Sequence record: DRR378314_1650
Length of the DNA: 33,482 nt
Reading direction: 5' to 3' (one strand)
Positions within the stretch are counted from its first letter, which is position 1; each line of letters starts with the position of its first letter. Shown one piece after another: positions 1 to 10,353 of the stretch. The notes below the pieces were generated by a model. The model was not told where the DNA came from. It saw only the letters and a list, made by a program, of their open reading frames with translations, and searched no databases. The position numbers and the translations under genes are program-made.

Positions 1-1
1 G

Positions 2-511
2 CTGTTGATCGATGAGATCGACAAGGCGGACATCGAATTCCCCAACGATCTGCTCCAGGAGCTGGATCGCATGGAGTTCTTCGTCTACGAAACCGGTGAA
101 ATGGTCCGCGCCGAGAAGCGCCCGATCGTGATCATCACCTCCAACAATGAGAAAGAGTTGCCCGACGCCTTCCTGCGTCGCTGCTTCTTCCATTACATCA
201 ATTTCCCCGATGCCAAGACCATGATGCAGATCGTGGACGTGCATTTCCCGGAAATTAAAAAGGAGCTGGTCACCGAGGCGCTGGAAATCTTCTTCGACCT
301 GCGCAAAGTGCCGGGCATGAAGAAGAAGCCCTCCACCAGCGAGCTGATCGACTGGCTCAAGCTGCTGATGGCCGACGACATTCCCCAGGACATTCTGCGC
401 AACCGCGACACCAAGACTGCTGTCCCGCCGTTGTACGGCGCCCTGGTCAAGAACGAAGCGGACGTACAGCTGCTGGAACGGCTGGCTTTCATGAGCCGCC
501 GGGAACGGTAG
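2..511 (+). CDS. MoxR-family AAA+ ATPase, C-terminal part (5' end outside window)
   Basis: Walker B LIDEIDK, sensor-1/Arg-finger IITSNNEKELPDAFLRRC, KKPSTSELIDW; immediately upstream of a VWA gene, as is typical for MoxR. Confidence 0.9.
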   Translation: MLIDEIDKADIEFPNDLLQELDRMEFFVYETGEMVRAEKRPIVIITSNNEKELPDAFLRRCFFHYINFPDAKTMMQIVDVHFPEIKKELVTEALEIFFDLRKVPGMKKKPSTSELIDWLKLLMADDIPQDILRNRDTKTAVPPLYGALVKNEADVQLLERLAFMSRRER

Positions 512-535
512 ATCCTTTAACCGATAGAGGTTTCT

Positions 536-1714
536 ATGCTGATCGGTTTTTTCGAGGACCTGCGCGCCCATAAAGTGCCGGTGACGCTGCGCGAGCTGCT
601 GGACCTGTTCGGCGCGCTCAAGCACCACGTGGCGTTCGGGTCCATCGAGGACTTCTACATGCTGTCGCGGACGGTGATGGTCAAGGACGAAAAGTACTAT
701 GACCGTTTCGACCGCGCCTTCGCGCACTATTTCGAGGGCCTGGAAAGCATCGAGCCGGGCTGGCTGAGCCAGACCATTCCCGAGGAATGGCTGCGCAAGC
801 AGATGGAAAAGACCCTGTCCGCCGAAGAGCGAGAAAAACTGCAGGGTCTCGGCAGCCTGGAAAATATCCTCGAGGAGCTTAAAAAGCGCCTGGAAGAGCA
901 GGAAAAGCGCCACCAGGGCGGCAACAAGTGGGTCGGCACCGGCGGCACCAGCCCGTTCGGCGGCTACGGCGAGAACCCGGAAGGGGTGCGCATGACCGGC
1001 CCGTCGCGCAACAAGAGCGCGGTGAAGGTCTGGGAGAAGCGGGAATTCCGCAACCTGGACGACTCCGTGGAGCTGGGCATCCGCAACATCAAGCTGGCGC
1101 TGCGCCGGCTGCGCCAGTTCGCCCGCACCGGACGCGACGAAGAGCTGGATATGGACGACACCATCCGCTCCACCGCGCGCAACGCCGGCCTGCTCGACAT
1201 CAAAATGCGCCCGGAACGTGAGAACCGCGTCAAAGTGCTGCTGTTCTTCGATATCGGCGGGTCCATGGACCCCTATATCAAGCTCTGCGAGGAGCTGTTC
1301 TCCGCCGCCCGGCTGGAGTTCAAGCACCTGGAATACTTCTATTTCCACAACTTCATCTATGAATACGTGTGGAAAGACAACCGGCGCCGCTGGGACGAGA
1401 AGGTCTCCACCTGGGACGTGCTGCACAAGTACGGCAGCGACTACAAGGTGATTTTCATCGGCGACGCTGCCATGAGCCCCTATGAAGTGAACTCGGTGGG
1501 CGGCTCGGTGGAGCACTGGAACGACGAACCCGGTGCGGTGTGGTTCCAGCGCCTCAAGGAAACCTACGAGAAAGTGGTGTGGATCAACCCGGAGCCCGAA
1601 AAGGCCTGGCAGATGACCACCTCCACGCAGTGGATCAAGCAGCTCAACGACCACCGCATGTACCCGCTCACCCTGGACGGGATCGAACGGGCGATGCGTT
1701 ACTTGAGTAAATAA
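536..1714 (+). CDS. VWA domain protein (CoxE-like), MoxR partner
   Basis: MIDAS-like FFDIGGSMD, VIFIGDA, VWINP motifs; RBS AGAGG upstream; adjacent to MoxR. Confidence 0.88.
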   Translation: MLIGFFEDLRAHKVPVTLRELLDLFGALKHHVAFGSIEDFYMLSRTVMVKDEKYYDRFDRAFAHYFEGLESIEPGWLSQTIPEEWLRKQMEKTLSAEEREKLQGLGSLENILEELKKRLEEQEKRHQGGNKWVGTGGTSPFGGYGENPEGVRMTGPSRNKSAVKVWEKREFRNLDDSVELGIRNIKLALRRLRQFARTGRDEELDMDDTIRSTARNAGLLDIKMRPERENRVKVLLFFDIGGSMDPYIKLCEELFSAARLEFKHLEYFYFHNFIYEYVWKDNRRRWDEKVSTWDVLHKYGSDYKVIFIGDAAMSPYEVNSVGGSVEHWNDEPGAVWFQRLKETYEKVVWINPEPEKAWQMTTSTQWIKQLNDHRMYPLTLDGIERAMRYLSK

Positions 1715-1747
1715 GAGCTAAGTAAATAAGGGCTGAGTAAATAGAGC
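1703..1747 (+). repeat. Three tandem ~15-bp copies of the VWA gene 3' end (Leu-Ser-Lys-stop)
   Basis: TTGAGTAAATAA gag CTAAGTAAATAA ggg CTGAGTAAATAG, all in frame with the VWA gene. Confidence 0.9.
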
Positions 1748-1751
1748 CTCC

Positions 1752-1780
1752 CGTGGCGGCGGCGCTCAGCCGTCGCCACG
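1752..1780. terminator. GC-rich hairpin between convergent VWA and AraC genes (probable terminator)
   Basis: CGTGGCGGCGGC-GCTCA-GCCGTCGCCACG, a 12-bp stem with one G:T pair; overlaps the AraC stop codon; no clean U-tract. Confidence 0.55.
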
Positions 1781-2776
1781 CCTCGTTTTATGCGCTTTTC
1801 GATAGTTCAAGGGCGTTTGTCCACACCAGCTTTTGAACGCTCGGGTAAACGCGCTTTGCTCTGAATAGCCCAGCATCATGGCTATCTCTGGCAGCGACAG
1901 ACGTGGGTCCGCAAGGTATTGTCGAGCCAGTTGAAACCGTAATCCGCCAAGCAGGCTCTTGTAGGTCAGAGCGCGTTGCTGCAAGTGGCGGTACAGCGTC
2001 CGCACTGGCAACGCCATCCGTCGAGCCACCTGTTCGGCTGATGGTTCCCCTTCCTGAAGCGCAATCGACATCTGATGTTGTAACTCGGCGAGGAAAGCGT
2101 CCGGCCGAGGTAGTGTCTGTAACTGTGCCTGAGCTTGCTGATCAAGCAGGCCGCGTAAATGCGGATCGCTGCCATTTATGGGCAGGCTGAGTATCTCTAA
2201 CGGCCAATGAATGGTGAGGGTGCGCGCCTCAAAGCGCACCTTGCATCCCAGTAACGTTTCGTAAAGTGTTTGATCCGCCGGCCACGGGCCAGGAAATGCC
2301 ACATACGAGGGAGCAGGGGCCTTATCGGCAGTCAATGTTCTGAGCATCCACAGCAGGCCCGACACCAGCACTTCATTCGAAAGTTGGGTGGATTTCCCAT
2401 AAGAGGGATCCCAGCTGAACCGAAATGCACCGGACTCCTGGCCGATGAGACTCGGCGTCAAATTATGAAGCAGTGGTTGGAAGCGTTGGAAACGCAGCAG
2501 CACCTCTCCCAGGGTTTCGCAGGAGGCAGCAAGGTAACCAAGGACGCCGAGCTGATGAATTTTGACCTGCTGGCCGATAAACACCCCCAGTGCCGGTGTG
2601 GGCTGGCATTGGGACACGTGCTCAAGTAACGACCACCAAACGGTGATTGGCATGCGCCTGGCGGGGTCATATTGCTGGAGTTCATGACGAAGCGCCGGCG
2701 CATCAAGCCCGTTCTCATCCAGATAACCGACCAATAAATCCGCAAGCCCGCCCCATACATAAATCTCTTCTGTCAC
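1766..2776 (-). CDS. AraC-family transcriptional regulator (N-terminal Arabinose_bd_2-type domain + C-terminal HTH)
   Basis: C-terminal EIAMMLGYSEQSAFTRAFKSWCGQTPLNYR AraC signature; LGVLGYLAASCETLGE N-domain motif; GTG start with AGGAGG RBS. Confidence 0.93.
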   Translation of the reverse strand: MTEEIYVWGGLADLLVGYLDENGLDAPALRHELQQYDPARRMPITVWWSLLEHVSQCQPTPALGVFIGQQVKIHQLGVLGYLAASCETLGEVLLRFQRFQPLLHNLTPSLIGQESGAFRFSWDPSYGKSTQLSNEVLVSGLLWMLRTLTADKAPAPSYVAFPGPWPADQTLYETLLGCKVRFEARTLTIHWPLEILSLPINGSDPHLRGLLDQQAQAQLQTLPRPDAFLAELQHQMSIALQEGEPSAEQVARRMALPVRTLYRHLQQRALTYKSLLGGLRFQLARQYLADPRLSLPEIAMMLGYSEQSAFTRAFKSWCGQTPLNYRKAHKTRRGDG

Positions 2777-2885
2777 GCTCGCACCTCCTTGGCACAGAAT
2801 GTCAAAAAATCAATCCGGGCGTCAAGACGGACAGAGAACCAACAGAGAGAATAAGCGCCAAATCCAAACACCTTGAGGTAACTGT

Positions 2886-3893
2886 ATGCAGGACTTCATT
2901 GCCTGGGTCAGCGCCCACATAGCACCCTGGTTCGGCTGGATGCAAATTGTACTTATTCTTGGCTTGCCCGCGTTTCTGCTCAGCTTTGGGTTCGAATGGG
3001 CCGGGGTGCGCTATCGTAGCGGCTCATGGCAGGCGTCTTCGCCAGGGCAGCGGTTTTACTGGAAGGAAGTGCTGGCAAATCTAACCCTTGGCCAAGGCTA
3101 TTACGTGTTTGAATTTCTGATGCACCTTGCGTTTCTGGGTGCGGGCATGGCCCTGGTTTGGCAACACCGGTTGTTCACCGTGGACATCAATGCCTGGACT
3201 TTGCCTTTGATCTTCCTCGTCGAGGAACTCTGTTACTACACCTATCACCGTAGTGCACATCGCGTACGCTGGTTCTGGGCGCAGCATGTATCCCACCACA
3301 CCGGTGAAGTCATGAACCTGACCACGGCAGGCCGACAAAGCATACTCAATGGCATTGTCGGGGTGTGGCTGTTTTTCATACCGCCGATACTGCTCGGCGT
3401 ACACCCTGCGGTTATCACCGCCATGCTCGGACTTAATCTCGCCTTCCAGTGGTTTGTGCATACCGAAACGGTACCGAGGCTGCACCCGGTGCTGGAATGG
3501 CTGTTCAATACACCGTCGAACCATCGCGTGCACCATGGCCGCAACCCGCAGTACATCGATAAGAACTACGGTGGTGTGCTGATGATCTACGATCATCTGT
3601 TTGGCACCTATGAGCCTGAGGTCGAGAAGGTGGAGTATGGCACCACCCGCCAAATCAAGAGCTACAACTGGTTTGTACTCAATCTGCATGAGTTCGTGGA
3701 TATGTGGCGTGACGCGCTGGCTCCCGGTTCATTGTGGCAAAGGCTGAAGCATTTCTGGATGCCGCCGGAGTGGGAGCGTCCCGGGCACACACCGATTCAT
3801 ACCTGGACGATAGAACGCAAGGGTGGCGCGCAAACAGAGCCACGCCAGCCCAAGCAGGGCAGCAGCTCAATAGAGATCAACGAGGCGGTGTAA
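2886..3893 (+). CDS. Sterol desaturase / fatty-acid hydroxylase family membrane di-iron enzyme (alkylglycerol monooxygenase-like)
   Basis: His boxes HRSAH, HVSHH, HTE, HRVHH; PSNHRVHHGRNPQYIDKNYGG...DHLFGT; several TM segments; divergent from AraC. Confidence 0.9.
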   Translation: MQDFIAWVSAHIAPWFGWMQIVLILGLPAFLLSFGFEWAGVRYRSGSWQASSPGQRFYWKEVLANLTLGQGYYVFEFLMHLAFLGAGMALVWQHRLFTVDINAWTLPLIFLVEELCYYTYHRSAHRVRWFWAQHVSHHTGEVMNLTTAGRQSILNGIVGVWLFFIPPILLGVHPAVITAMLGLNLAFQWFVHTETVPRLHPVLEWLFNTPSNHRVHHGRNPQYIDKNYGGVLMIYDHLFGTYEPEVEKVEYGTTRQIKSYNWFVLNLHEFVDMWRDALAPGSLWQRLKHFWMPPEWERPGHTPIHTWTIERKGGAQTEPRQPKQGSSSIEINEAV

Positions 3894-3922
3894 CGCACCG
3901 ACAGGGTCTCTGGTATCCCCCC

Positions 3923-3941
3923 GGGTGGCCTCATGCCACCC
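3923..3941. terminator. Hairpin between convergent genes
   Basis: GGGTGGC-CTCAT-GCCACCC, a perfect 7-bp stem. Confidence 0.45.
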
Positions 3942-3966
3942 TTACGCGACAAGGCGCGCTGAACCC

Positions 3967-4719
3967 TTATTCATCGCGCTTTAAGAAGCTGTCGATCATA
4001 TCCATGGGCAGTGGGAAGACCACCGTGGTGGTGCGGTCATTGGCCACCTCGGTGAGGGTCTGCAGATACCGCAGTTGCAGGGCCTGGGGCTGTGACGATA
4101 GGGTGCGGGCCGCGTCCAGCAGCACTTCGGAGGCCTCTTTCTCGCCGTTGGCGTGAATCACCTTGGCGCGCCGCACCCGCTCCGCTTCCGCCTGACGGGC
4201 GATCACCCGCACCATGTCTTCGTCCAGGTCCACGTGTTTGATTTCCACGTTGGTCACCTTGATGCCCCAGGGGTCGGTCTGCTCATCCAGGATTTCCTGA
4301 ATGTCCCGGTTCAGTTCGTCCCGGGAGGCCAGCATTTCGTCCAGCTCGTGCTTGCCCAGCACCGAACGCAGGGTGGTTTGCGAGAGCTGGCTGGTGGCGT
4401 CGTAGAAGTCCTCCACGTTGATCACCGCTCGTTCCGGATCGACCACCCGGAAGTAGAGCACCGCGTTGACCTTCACCGACACGTTGTCGCGGGAAATCAC
4501 GTCCTGGCTGGGCACATCCAGCACCCGCACCCGTAGGTCCACCTTGACCATCTGCTGAATCACCGGGATCACCAGAATCAGGCCCGGGCCCTTGACCTTG
4601 TGATAGCGCCCCAGCATGAAGATCACACCGCGCTCGTACTCGCGCAGAATACGGAACATGCTGACCACGAAGCCAACGACAAGAATCGCCAGCGCGATCC
4701 AGAAATATTGAAAGATCAT
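3967..4719 (-). CDS. Slipin / stomatin-like SPFH (band 7) membrane protein
   Basis: [59 protein letters not shown]; overlaps the nfeD stop (ATGA). Confidence 0.95.
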   Translation of the reverse strand: MIFQYFWIALAILVVGFVVSMFRILREYERGVIFMLGRYHKVKGPGLILVIPVIQQMVKVDLRVRVLDVPSQDVISRDNVSVKVNAVLYFRVVDPERAVINVEDFYDATSQLSQTTLRSVLGKHELDEMLASRDELNRDIQEILDEQTDPWGIKVTNVEIKHVDLDEDMVRVIARQAEAERVRRAKVIHANGEKEASEVLLDAARTLSSQPQALQLRYLQTLTEVANDRTTTVVFPLPMDMIDSFLKRDE

Positions 4720-6155
4720 GATTTGTCTCCTTTGCGGGACACATGAAGAGTGAGGCCGTCGCGGCGGCGGATGGTTACCGTTTCGCCCTCAAAGACCGCC
4801 TCGTCGGTGGTGGCGCGCCACAGCTCACCGGCGGCGTGCACCTGGCCGGTACCGCCCGGCCCGAAATCCGTCGCCGCCACGGCGTCCTGTCCGATCAGCG
4901 TGTCGCCGCCGGTCACCACCGGGTGGCCGTGGGCCTTGAAGGCCAGCCGCACCGTCAGGCCGGTGAGCGCCAGGCTGCCCACGCCCACCGCCGCGATCAC
5001 CGGCACCGCGATCTGGAAGGCGGGCAGGTCCGTGTCCATCAGCATGATCGAGCCAATCACCAGGGCCACCGCGCCGCCCACGCCGAGGACGCCGAAGCTG
5101 GGCGATAGCCCCTCCGCCACCATCAAGCCGATGCCGAGCAGGATCAATCCCAGGCCCACATAGCTCACCGGCAGCATCTGCAGCGCGTACAGCGCCAGCA
5201 GCAGGCAGATGGCGCCGAGCACGCCGGGGATGCCGAAACCCGGGTTGGAGAATTCCAGAATCAGCCCGTAGATGCCCACCAGCATCAGAATGTAGGCGAT
5301 GCTGGGGTCGGTGATCACCGCCAAAAAGTGTGTGCGCCAGTCGCGCTCCAATTCCACCAGCCGGTAATCCTTGAGCGCCAGGGCGCGCTCGGCGTCGCCA
5401 TCGCGTACGGTAAAGCCGTCCAGCCGGGTAAGCAGGGTGTCCAAATCCGGCGCCACCAGGTCGATCACCTGCTGGGCCTCGGCCTCGGTGGCGGTCAGGC
5501 TGACGGCCTCGCGCACCGCGCGCTCGGCCCAGTCCGCGTTGCGCCCGCGCAACTCCGCCAGGCCGCGAATATAGGCCACGGCGTCGTTGACCTGCTTGCG
5601 GCGCAGCGCGGAGGCATTGTCCTCAATATTGTCATCGGCCTGGGGCTTGGCGTCGTCGCCGGCCGGGGAGGGCGCGCCACCACCGCCCAGCTGCACCGGT
5701 GTGGCAGCGCCCAGGTTGGTGGCCGGAGCCATCGCGGCCACGTGGGAGGCGTAGAGCAGATAGGTCCCGGCGCTGGCCGCGCGGCTGCCGGAGGGTGACA
5801 CATAGGTGGCCACCGGGACCCGGGAATCGAGAATCGCCTGGATCATGGTGCGCATGGATTTATCCAGACCGCCCGGTGTGTCCAGGCGCAGCACGAACAG
5901 CGCCGCGCCATCTCGGTTGGCGTCCTCCAGGGCACGCACGAAACCGTCGCTGACCGCGGGGCCGATGGCGCCTCGGAGATCCATGACCCGCACTTCCGGC
6001 CCCTCGGCGGCGGACGGCTGGGACGCGGTTTGCGCCCGGGCGGTGGCGGCGAGCAGCAGCAGGGCGGCGAGGGCGATAAGGTATCCGCCCAGGCCGCGCC
6101 CAAAGGGCCGCTTCCCGGGTGAAGAGTGTCGATCGCTGCCGGCTACAAGGATCAT
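4716..6155 (-). CDS. nfeD: NfeD long form (ClpP-class membrane serine protease + TM + OB fold)
   Basis: [15 protein letters not shown] (catalytic Ser), [13 protein letters not shown] (Lys), C-terminal GELWRA OB domain; operon with slipin. Confidence 0.92.
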   Translation of the reverse strand: MILVAGSDRHSSPGKRPFGRGLGGYLIALAALLLLAATARAQTASQPSAAEGPEVRVMDLRGAIGPAVSDGFVRALEDANRDGAALFVLRLDTPGGLDKSMRTMIQAILDSRVPVATYVSPSGSRAASAGTYLLYASHVAAMAPATNLGAATPVQLGGGGAPSPAGDDAKPQADDNIEDNASALRRKQVNDAVAYIRGLAELRGRNADWAERAVREAVSLTATEAEAQQVIDLVAPDLDTLLTRLDGFTVRDGDAERALALKDYRLVELERDWRTHFLAVITDPSIAYILMLVGIYGLILEFSNPGFGIPGVLGAICLLLALYALQMLPVSYVGLGLILLGIGLMVAEGLSPSFGVLGVGGAVALVIGSIMLMDTDLPAFQIAVPVIAAVGVGSLALTGLTVRLAFKAHGHPVVTGGDTLIGQDAVAATDFGPGGTGQVHAAGELWRATTDEAVFEGETVTIRRRDGLTLHVSRKGDKS

Positions 6156-6319
6156 GCGCGCCTCTTAGCTGCTTGGCTGCTTGGCTGCTGCTTCCATGAA
6201 AACGCAGTTCAACGGTCCCGGCAATGGAAACCGGCGGCGCCCCCTTTTCGCCATCCGCAGCATGCTGCATAGTACGGCCAGTGTGCCGCACCGCCATTCA
6301 CCCGCCCATAAAGCCCGCG

Positions 6320-7231
6320 ATGACCACTTCCAACGCCGTGAAATGCCTGATTGCCACCTTGTTGCTGGTCGTGCTGGTCCAGCCGGCCGCGGCCGCGGGC
6401 CTGTTCCAGGGGCTCACCAGCGTCGATGCCGGTCCCAGACTGGACGACGATGGCGTGATCCGGCAGCAGGTGGAGCAGGACGAGATGTTTCTGGAGGCCG
6501 GCTCCGGCGCACGCATCCAGCTGCCCACCCAATGTGTGTCTTCAGCGCTGGTGGCGCGCAGCCACAGCCGTTTCAGCGCCCTGTTCCCGGAAACCGAGGG
6601 CATGGTCGGCAGCGGTACCGTGACCAACGAAGCCGGCCTCACCGTGGAGCGCCTGTTCGGCGCGGCGGCCAGCCCGTACCGGCTGGAGACCGCGTTCAAG
6701 GCACACCGCATCGACCTCTACAGCTACGAACTCAGCCATCAGCAGACGTTCGGTTCCGCCTTCGACAGCCCGGTCACGGTGAGCGAGCAGCAGGGCTTTA
6801 ATGTGGATACCCGGCTGAGCCGCTCCTTCGGTGAGCTGGATCTGGCCCTGCGGGTGGAAAAACTGTTCCCGGACCGGGGGCCGGGCAGGGTGGCCAGCCC
6901 CTACACCCTGAAAGCCCACGCCGAGCTGACTACCGGCTTTCAATACGCGGGCCTGCCCACCCGGCTGAACCTCAACCTGGACCGATTCCAGGCCCTGGAG
7001 CGCGAACTGGACGCCCGCTACGCCGGCGCCCGCCTGCAGTGGGGCGCCGCCGACCGCACCCGGCTACGCCTGGGTTATCGCCACGACCTGGTCGCCAATC
7101 TTGATTCGGTGGCCACCCTGGGCCTGGTGTTCCCGCTGTTCCATGTGTTCGATCTGGATATCTCCGGCACCAAGAACCCCGGCGACGCCTACGGCGTGCT
7201 GGCGCGGCTGGCCGCGCCGTTCTCGTTCTAG
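6320..7231 (+). CDS. Secreted/outer-membrane beta-barrel protein with TraF_2-like C-terminus
   Basis: Signal peptide MTTSNAVKCLIATLLLVVLVQPAAA; C-terminal LRLGYRHDL...VATLGL..FHVFDLDISG resembles the TraF_2 family; terminal Phe. The start at 6320 is inferred. Confidence 0.55.
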   Translation: MTTSNAVKCLIATLLLVVLVQPAAAAGLFQGLTSVDAGPRLDDDGVIRQQVEQDEMFLEAGSGARIQLPTQCVSSALVARSHSRFSALFPETEGMVGSGTVTNEAGLTVERLFGAAASPYRLETAFKAHRIDLYSYELSHQQTFGSAFDSPVTVSEQQGFNVDTRLSRSFGELDLALRVEKLFPDRGPGRVASPYTLKAHAELTTGFQYAGLPTRLNLNLDRFQALERELDARYAGARLQWGAADRTRLRLGYRHDLVANLDSVATLGLVFPLFHVFDLDISGTKNPGDAYGVLARLAAPFSF

Positions 7232-7244
7232 GGCCTGTTCACTA

Positions 7245-8798
7245 CTACTCGGGAATGCGGAATGAGGTCACCAGCGACTTCAGATGGCTGGCCTGATCTT
7301 CCAGCGAGCCGGCCGCGCTGCTGGATTGCTGCACCAGCGCCGCGTTCTGCTGGGTGACCGCGTCCATCTGCGTCACCGCGGTGCTGATCTGCTGAATGCC
7401 GCCGATCTGCTCGGTGGTGGCGGAGGCCACATCCCGCATCAGCTCCGCCAGCTTTTTAATCGATTCGACGGTGCCGTTGAGCGTTTCACCACTGCGCTGG
7501 GTCTGGTCCGCGCAGGTGGCGATCTGCGCGCCGGTGCTTTCCAGCAGGGCACGGATCTCGCCGGCGGAATCGCCAGCGCGGCTTGCCAGCAGCCGCACTT
7601 CACTGGCCACCACCGCGAAGCCACGGCCTTTTTCCCCGGCCCGGGCCGCTTCCACGGAGGCGTTCAGGGCGAGAATATTGGTCTGGAACGCAATATCGTC
7701 GATGGTGGCGATGATGCCGTTCATCTTCTTTGAGCTGGCCACCACCTGCTCCATCAGGTTGATGTTGGCGCGCATCTCCTCACCGCCGTGCTGGGCGCTG
7801 CGCGAGGCGGCGTCCGCGAGCCGGTCGGCCTCGCGGGTGTTTTTCTCATTGTGCTCCGAGGTGGCGCTGATCTCTTCCATACTGGCGGCGGTCTCTTGCA
7901 GAGCGGCGGCCTGCTCCTCGGTACGGGAGGAGAGGTCCTGGGCGCCCAGAGCGATCTCATTGGCACCGATATACACGGTCTCGCTGGCGCCACGTAACGC
8001 GGACACCAGCTTGACCAGGGAATCGCTCATTTCCGCCATGGCGGCCAGCAATTGCGCCGGCTCATCGCGCCCGCTGGCGACGATGCGCTCGCGCAGATCC
8101 CCCTGGGCGATGCGGCGGGCCACGCCCAGGGCATCGGCGAGGGGGAGGGTGATGCTACGGGTGATCACCACCGCCAGAACCACCGATACCAGCAGCGCCA
8201 CGGCGGCGAACACCACCAGGCCGAGCAACGCCTGGGTGACCTGCGCCTGCAGCGTCGCGCCCAGACCACCGAGATTCTCCATGGCGATGTCATGAATACT
8301 CTGGGCCGCTTCCTCAAGCTGGTAGATGCCTTGCTTGTTCTCCGAAAAGGCCGCGTTGGCGGCGGCCGTATCCTGGTAGTCGCCGTTCATGATCGCGCCG
8401 TAGATGCGGGTGAAATCCGCCTCGTAGGCGCTCAGACCCTCCCGGGCGTCCCGGTAGCGCTGCTGTAGCGCCGGCGCCACCGCCAGTGCCTCGCCTTCAT
8501 CGAGCACGCTTTTCAGCTGCGTGACGGTGTCGCTCCATTGGCTGAAATAGCCGTTCAAGGCGCTGAAATCCGCCATGTTGATAAAGACATCTTTCTCGTA
8601 TCGACGCAGTTCCAGCGCCAGGCGGCGCACCACGCCCGCGTTCGACGCCACGGCGCCGTCGGTCTGCAACGCCTCGCGGGTGGTGTCCGCGATCCGCGTT
8701 ACCGAAAACAGGCCGGTGCCCGAGGCGGCCAGCAGAAGAAGCAAAATAACAGCGAAGGCGCCGCCGAGACGGGCGCCGATCTTGAATTGACTAAGCAT
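7245..8798 (-). CDS. Methyl-accepting chemotaxis protein (2 TM, four-helix sensor, HAMP, signalling domain)
   Basis: [34 protein letters not shown] hairpin tip; HAMP IAQGDL..RDE. Confidence 0.96.
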   Translation of the reverse strand: MLSQFKIGARLGGAFAVILLLLLAASGTGLFSVTRIADTTREALQTDGAVASNAGVVRRLALELRRYEKDVFINMADFSALNGYFSQWSDTVTQLKSVLDEGEALAVAPALQQRYRDAREGLSAYEADFTRIYGAIMNGDYQDTAAANAAFSENKQGIYQLEEAAQSIHDIAMENLGGLGATLQAQVTQALLGLVVFAAVALLVSVVLAVVITRSITLPLADALGVARRIAQGDLRERIVASGRDEPAQLLAAMAEMSDSLVKLVSALRGASETVYIGANEIALGAQDLSSRTEEQAAALQETAASMEEISATSEHNEKNTREADRLADAASRSAQHGGEEMRANINLMEQVVASSKKMNGIIATIDDIAFQTNILALNASVEAARAGEKGRGFAVVASEVRLLASRAGDSAGEIRALLESTGAQIATCADQTQRSGETLNGTVESIKKLAELMRDVASATTEQIGGIQQISTAVTQMDAVTQQNAALVQQSSSAAGSLEDQASHLKSLVTSFRIPE

Positions 8799-8949
8799 GA
8801 GGGGATACCAGGAATGACAGTGACAAGGTTGGGGGAGTTGTCGGCGTGTGCGGCAAAATCTTTAGCCTTAAAATGCCGATCTGGCCCGACACTTGAGAAC
8901 CTGCCCGGGAATTGGCATGGTTCGCCCACCTAACTGGCCCGAGCGCGCT

Positions 8950-10221
8950 ATGCCCATTGATCTCGATTTCGACCGTGACCACCTCTGGCACCCCTATACC
9001 TCCACCTCCAAGCCGCTGCCCACATACCCGGTGGCGCGCGCCGACGGGGTACGCCTGGAGCTGGAAGACGGCCGCACGCTGATCGACGGCATGTCGTCCT
9101 GGTGGGCGGCGATCCACGGCTATAACCACCCGCGCCTCAACCAGGCCGCCAAGGATCAGATCGACAAGATGGCCCACGTGATGTTCGGCGGCATCACCCA
9201 CGAGCCCGCGGTGGAGCTGGGCAAACGGCTGGTGCGGATGACGCCGGAACCGCTGAACAAGGTGTTCCTGGCCGACAGCGGCTCGGTGTCCGTGGAGGTG
9301 GCGATCAAGATGGCGCTGCAATACTGGCTCAGCCAGGGGCAGTCCGAGAAACACCGGCTGATCGCGCTGCGCAACGGCTACCACGGTGATACTTTCGGCG
9401 CGATGGCCACCTGCGACCCGGTCAACGGCATGCACCATCTGTTCAGCAAGGTGCTGCCCAAGCACCTGTTCGCGGACGCGCCGGCGGTGGGTTACCACGA
9501 CGACTGGGACGAGCGGGACCTGGATTCCCTGCGCGGCCTGCTGGAACAGCACGGCCACGAAGTGGCGGCGGTGATTCTGGAGCCGATCGTGCAGGGCGCC
9601 GGCGGCATGCGCTTCTACCACCCGGAATACCTCCGCGGCGCCCGCCGTCTGTGCGACGAGCACGGCGTACTGCTGATTTTCGATGAAATCGCCACCGGTT
9701 TCGGCCGTTCCGGCGAACTGTTCGCCATGGACCACGCCGGTGTGTGCCCGGACATTCTCTGCCTGGGCAAGGCGCTCACCGGCGGCTACATGACCCTGGC
9801 GGCGACCCTGTGCAACGACCGCGTGGCCGCCGGCATCTGCGACGGCGAGGCCGGCGTGCTGATGCACGGGCCCACCTTCATGGGCAATCCGCTGGCCTGC
9901 GCGGTGGCCAACGCCAGCATCGATGAGCTGCTGGAGAACGACTGGCGCGGGCGCGTGGCGGGGATCCAATCCCAGCTGCGCCGGGAACTGGAACCGCTGC
10001 GCGGCGCCCCCGGTGTCGCCGACGTGCGTGCCCTGGGCGCCATCGGCGTGCTGGAACTGGAAAAACCCTGCGACGTGGCCGCCACCCAGAAGCTATTGGT
10101 GGAGCAGGGTGTGTGGATCCGGCCGTTCGGCAAGCTGGTCTACATCATGCCGCCTTACGGCATTGAGCCGGAGCAACTGAGCCAGCTCACCGGGGCCATG
10201 GCCGCCATATCGGAGTCCTGA
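8950..10221 (+). CDS. bioA: Adenosylmethionine-8-amino-7-oxononanoate aminotransferase
   Basis: [47 protein letters not shown] (PLP Lys), [16 protein letters not shown] 8950 preferred over the ORF-track start. Confidence 0.97.
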   Translation: MPIDLDFDRDHLWHPYTSTSKPLPTYPVARADGVRLELEDGRTLIDGMSSWWAAIHGYNHPRLNQAAKDQIDKMAHVMFGGITHEPAVELGKRLVRMTPEPLNKVFLADSGSVSVEVAIKMALQYWLSQGQSEKHRLIALRNGYHGDTFGAMATCDPVNGMHHLFSKVLPKHLFADAPAVGYHDDWDERDLDSLRGLLEQHGHEVAAVILEPIVQGAGGMRFYHPEYLRGARRLCDEHGVLLIFDEIATGFGRSGELFAMDHAGVCPDILCLGKALTGGYMTLAATLCNDRVAAGICDGEAGVLMHGPTFMGNPLACAVANASIDELLENDWRGRVAGIQSQLRRELEPLRGAPGVADVRALGAIGVLELEKPCDVAATQKLLVEQGVWIRPFGKLVYIMPPYGIEPEQLSQLTGAMAAISES

Positions 10222-10353
10222 GCGTAGCTATCCCGGTACCTTGTAGAACGAGTAAGCCGGGGCATGAGCAACGGTTTAGGACTTGGCCAGCCTCGGCAGC
10301 CCTTTAACAATTGGGTTCAACCATCGTGATTTCAGCAGAAATCGTGATTTTTG

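Noticed and set aside
6224-7231. TraF-like gene as evidence for an ICE or plasmid
   Set aside because: Host-like GC and no relaxase, T4SS or integrase genes nearby.
8521-8533. matS-like GTGACGGTGTCGC near the terminus
   Set aside because: One mismatch, single copy, inside a CDS, and no evidence that this lineage has MatP.
8791-9969. 392-aa ORF antisense to bioA
   Set aside because: Shadow ORF of bioA.
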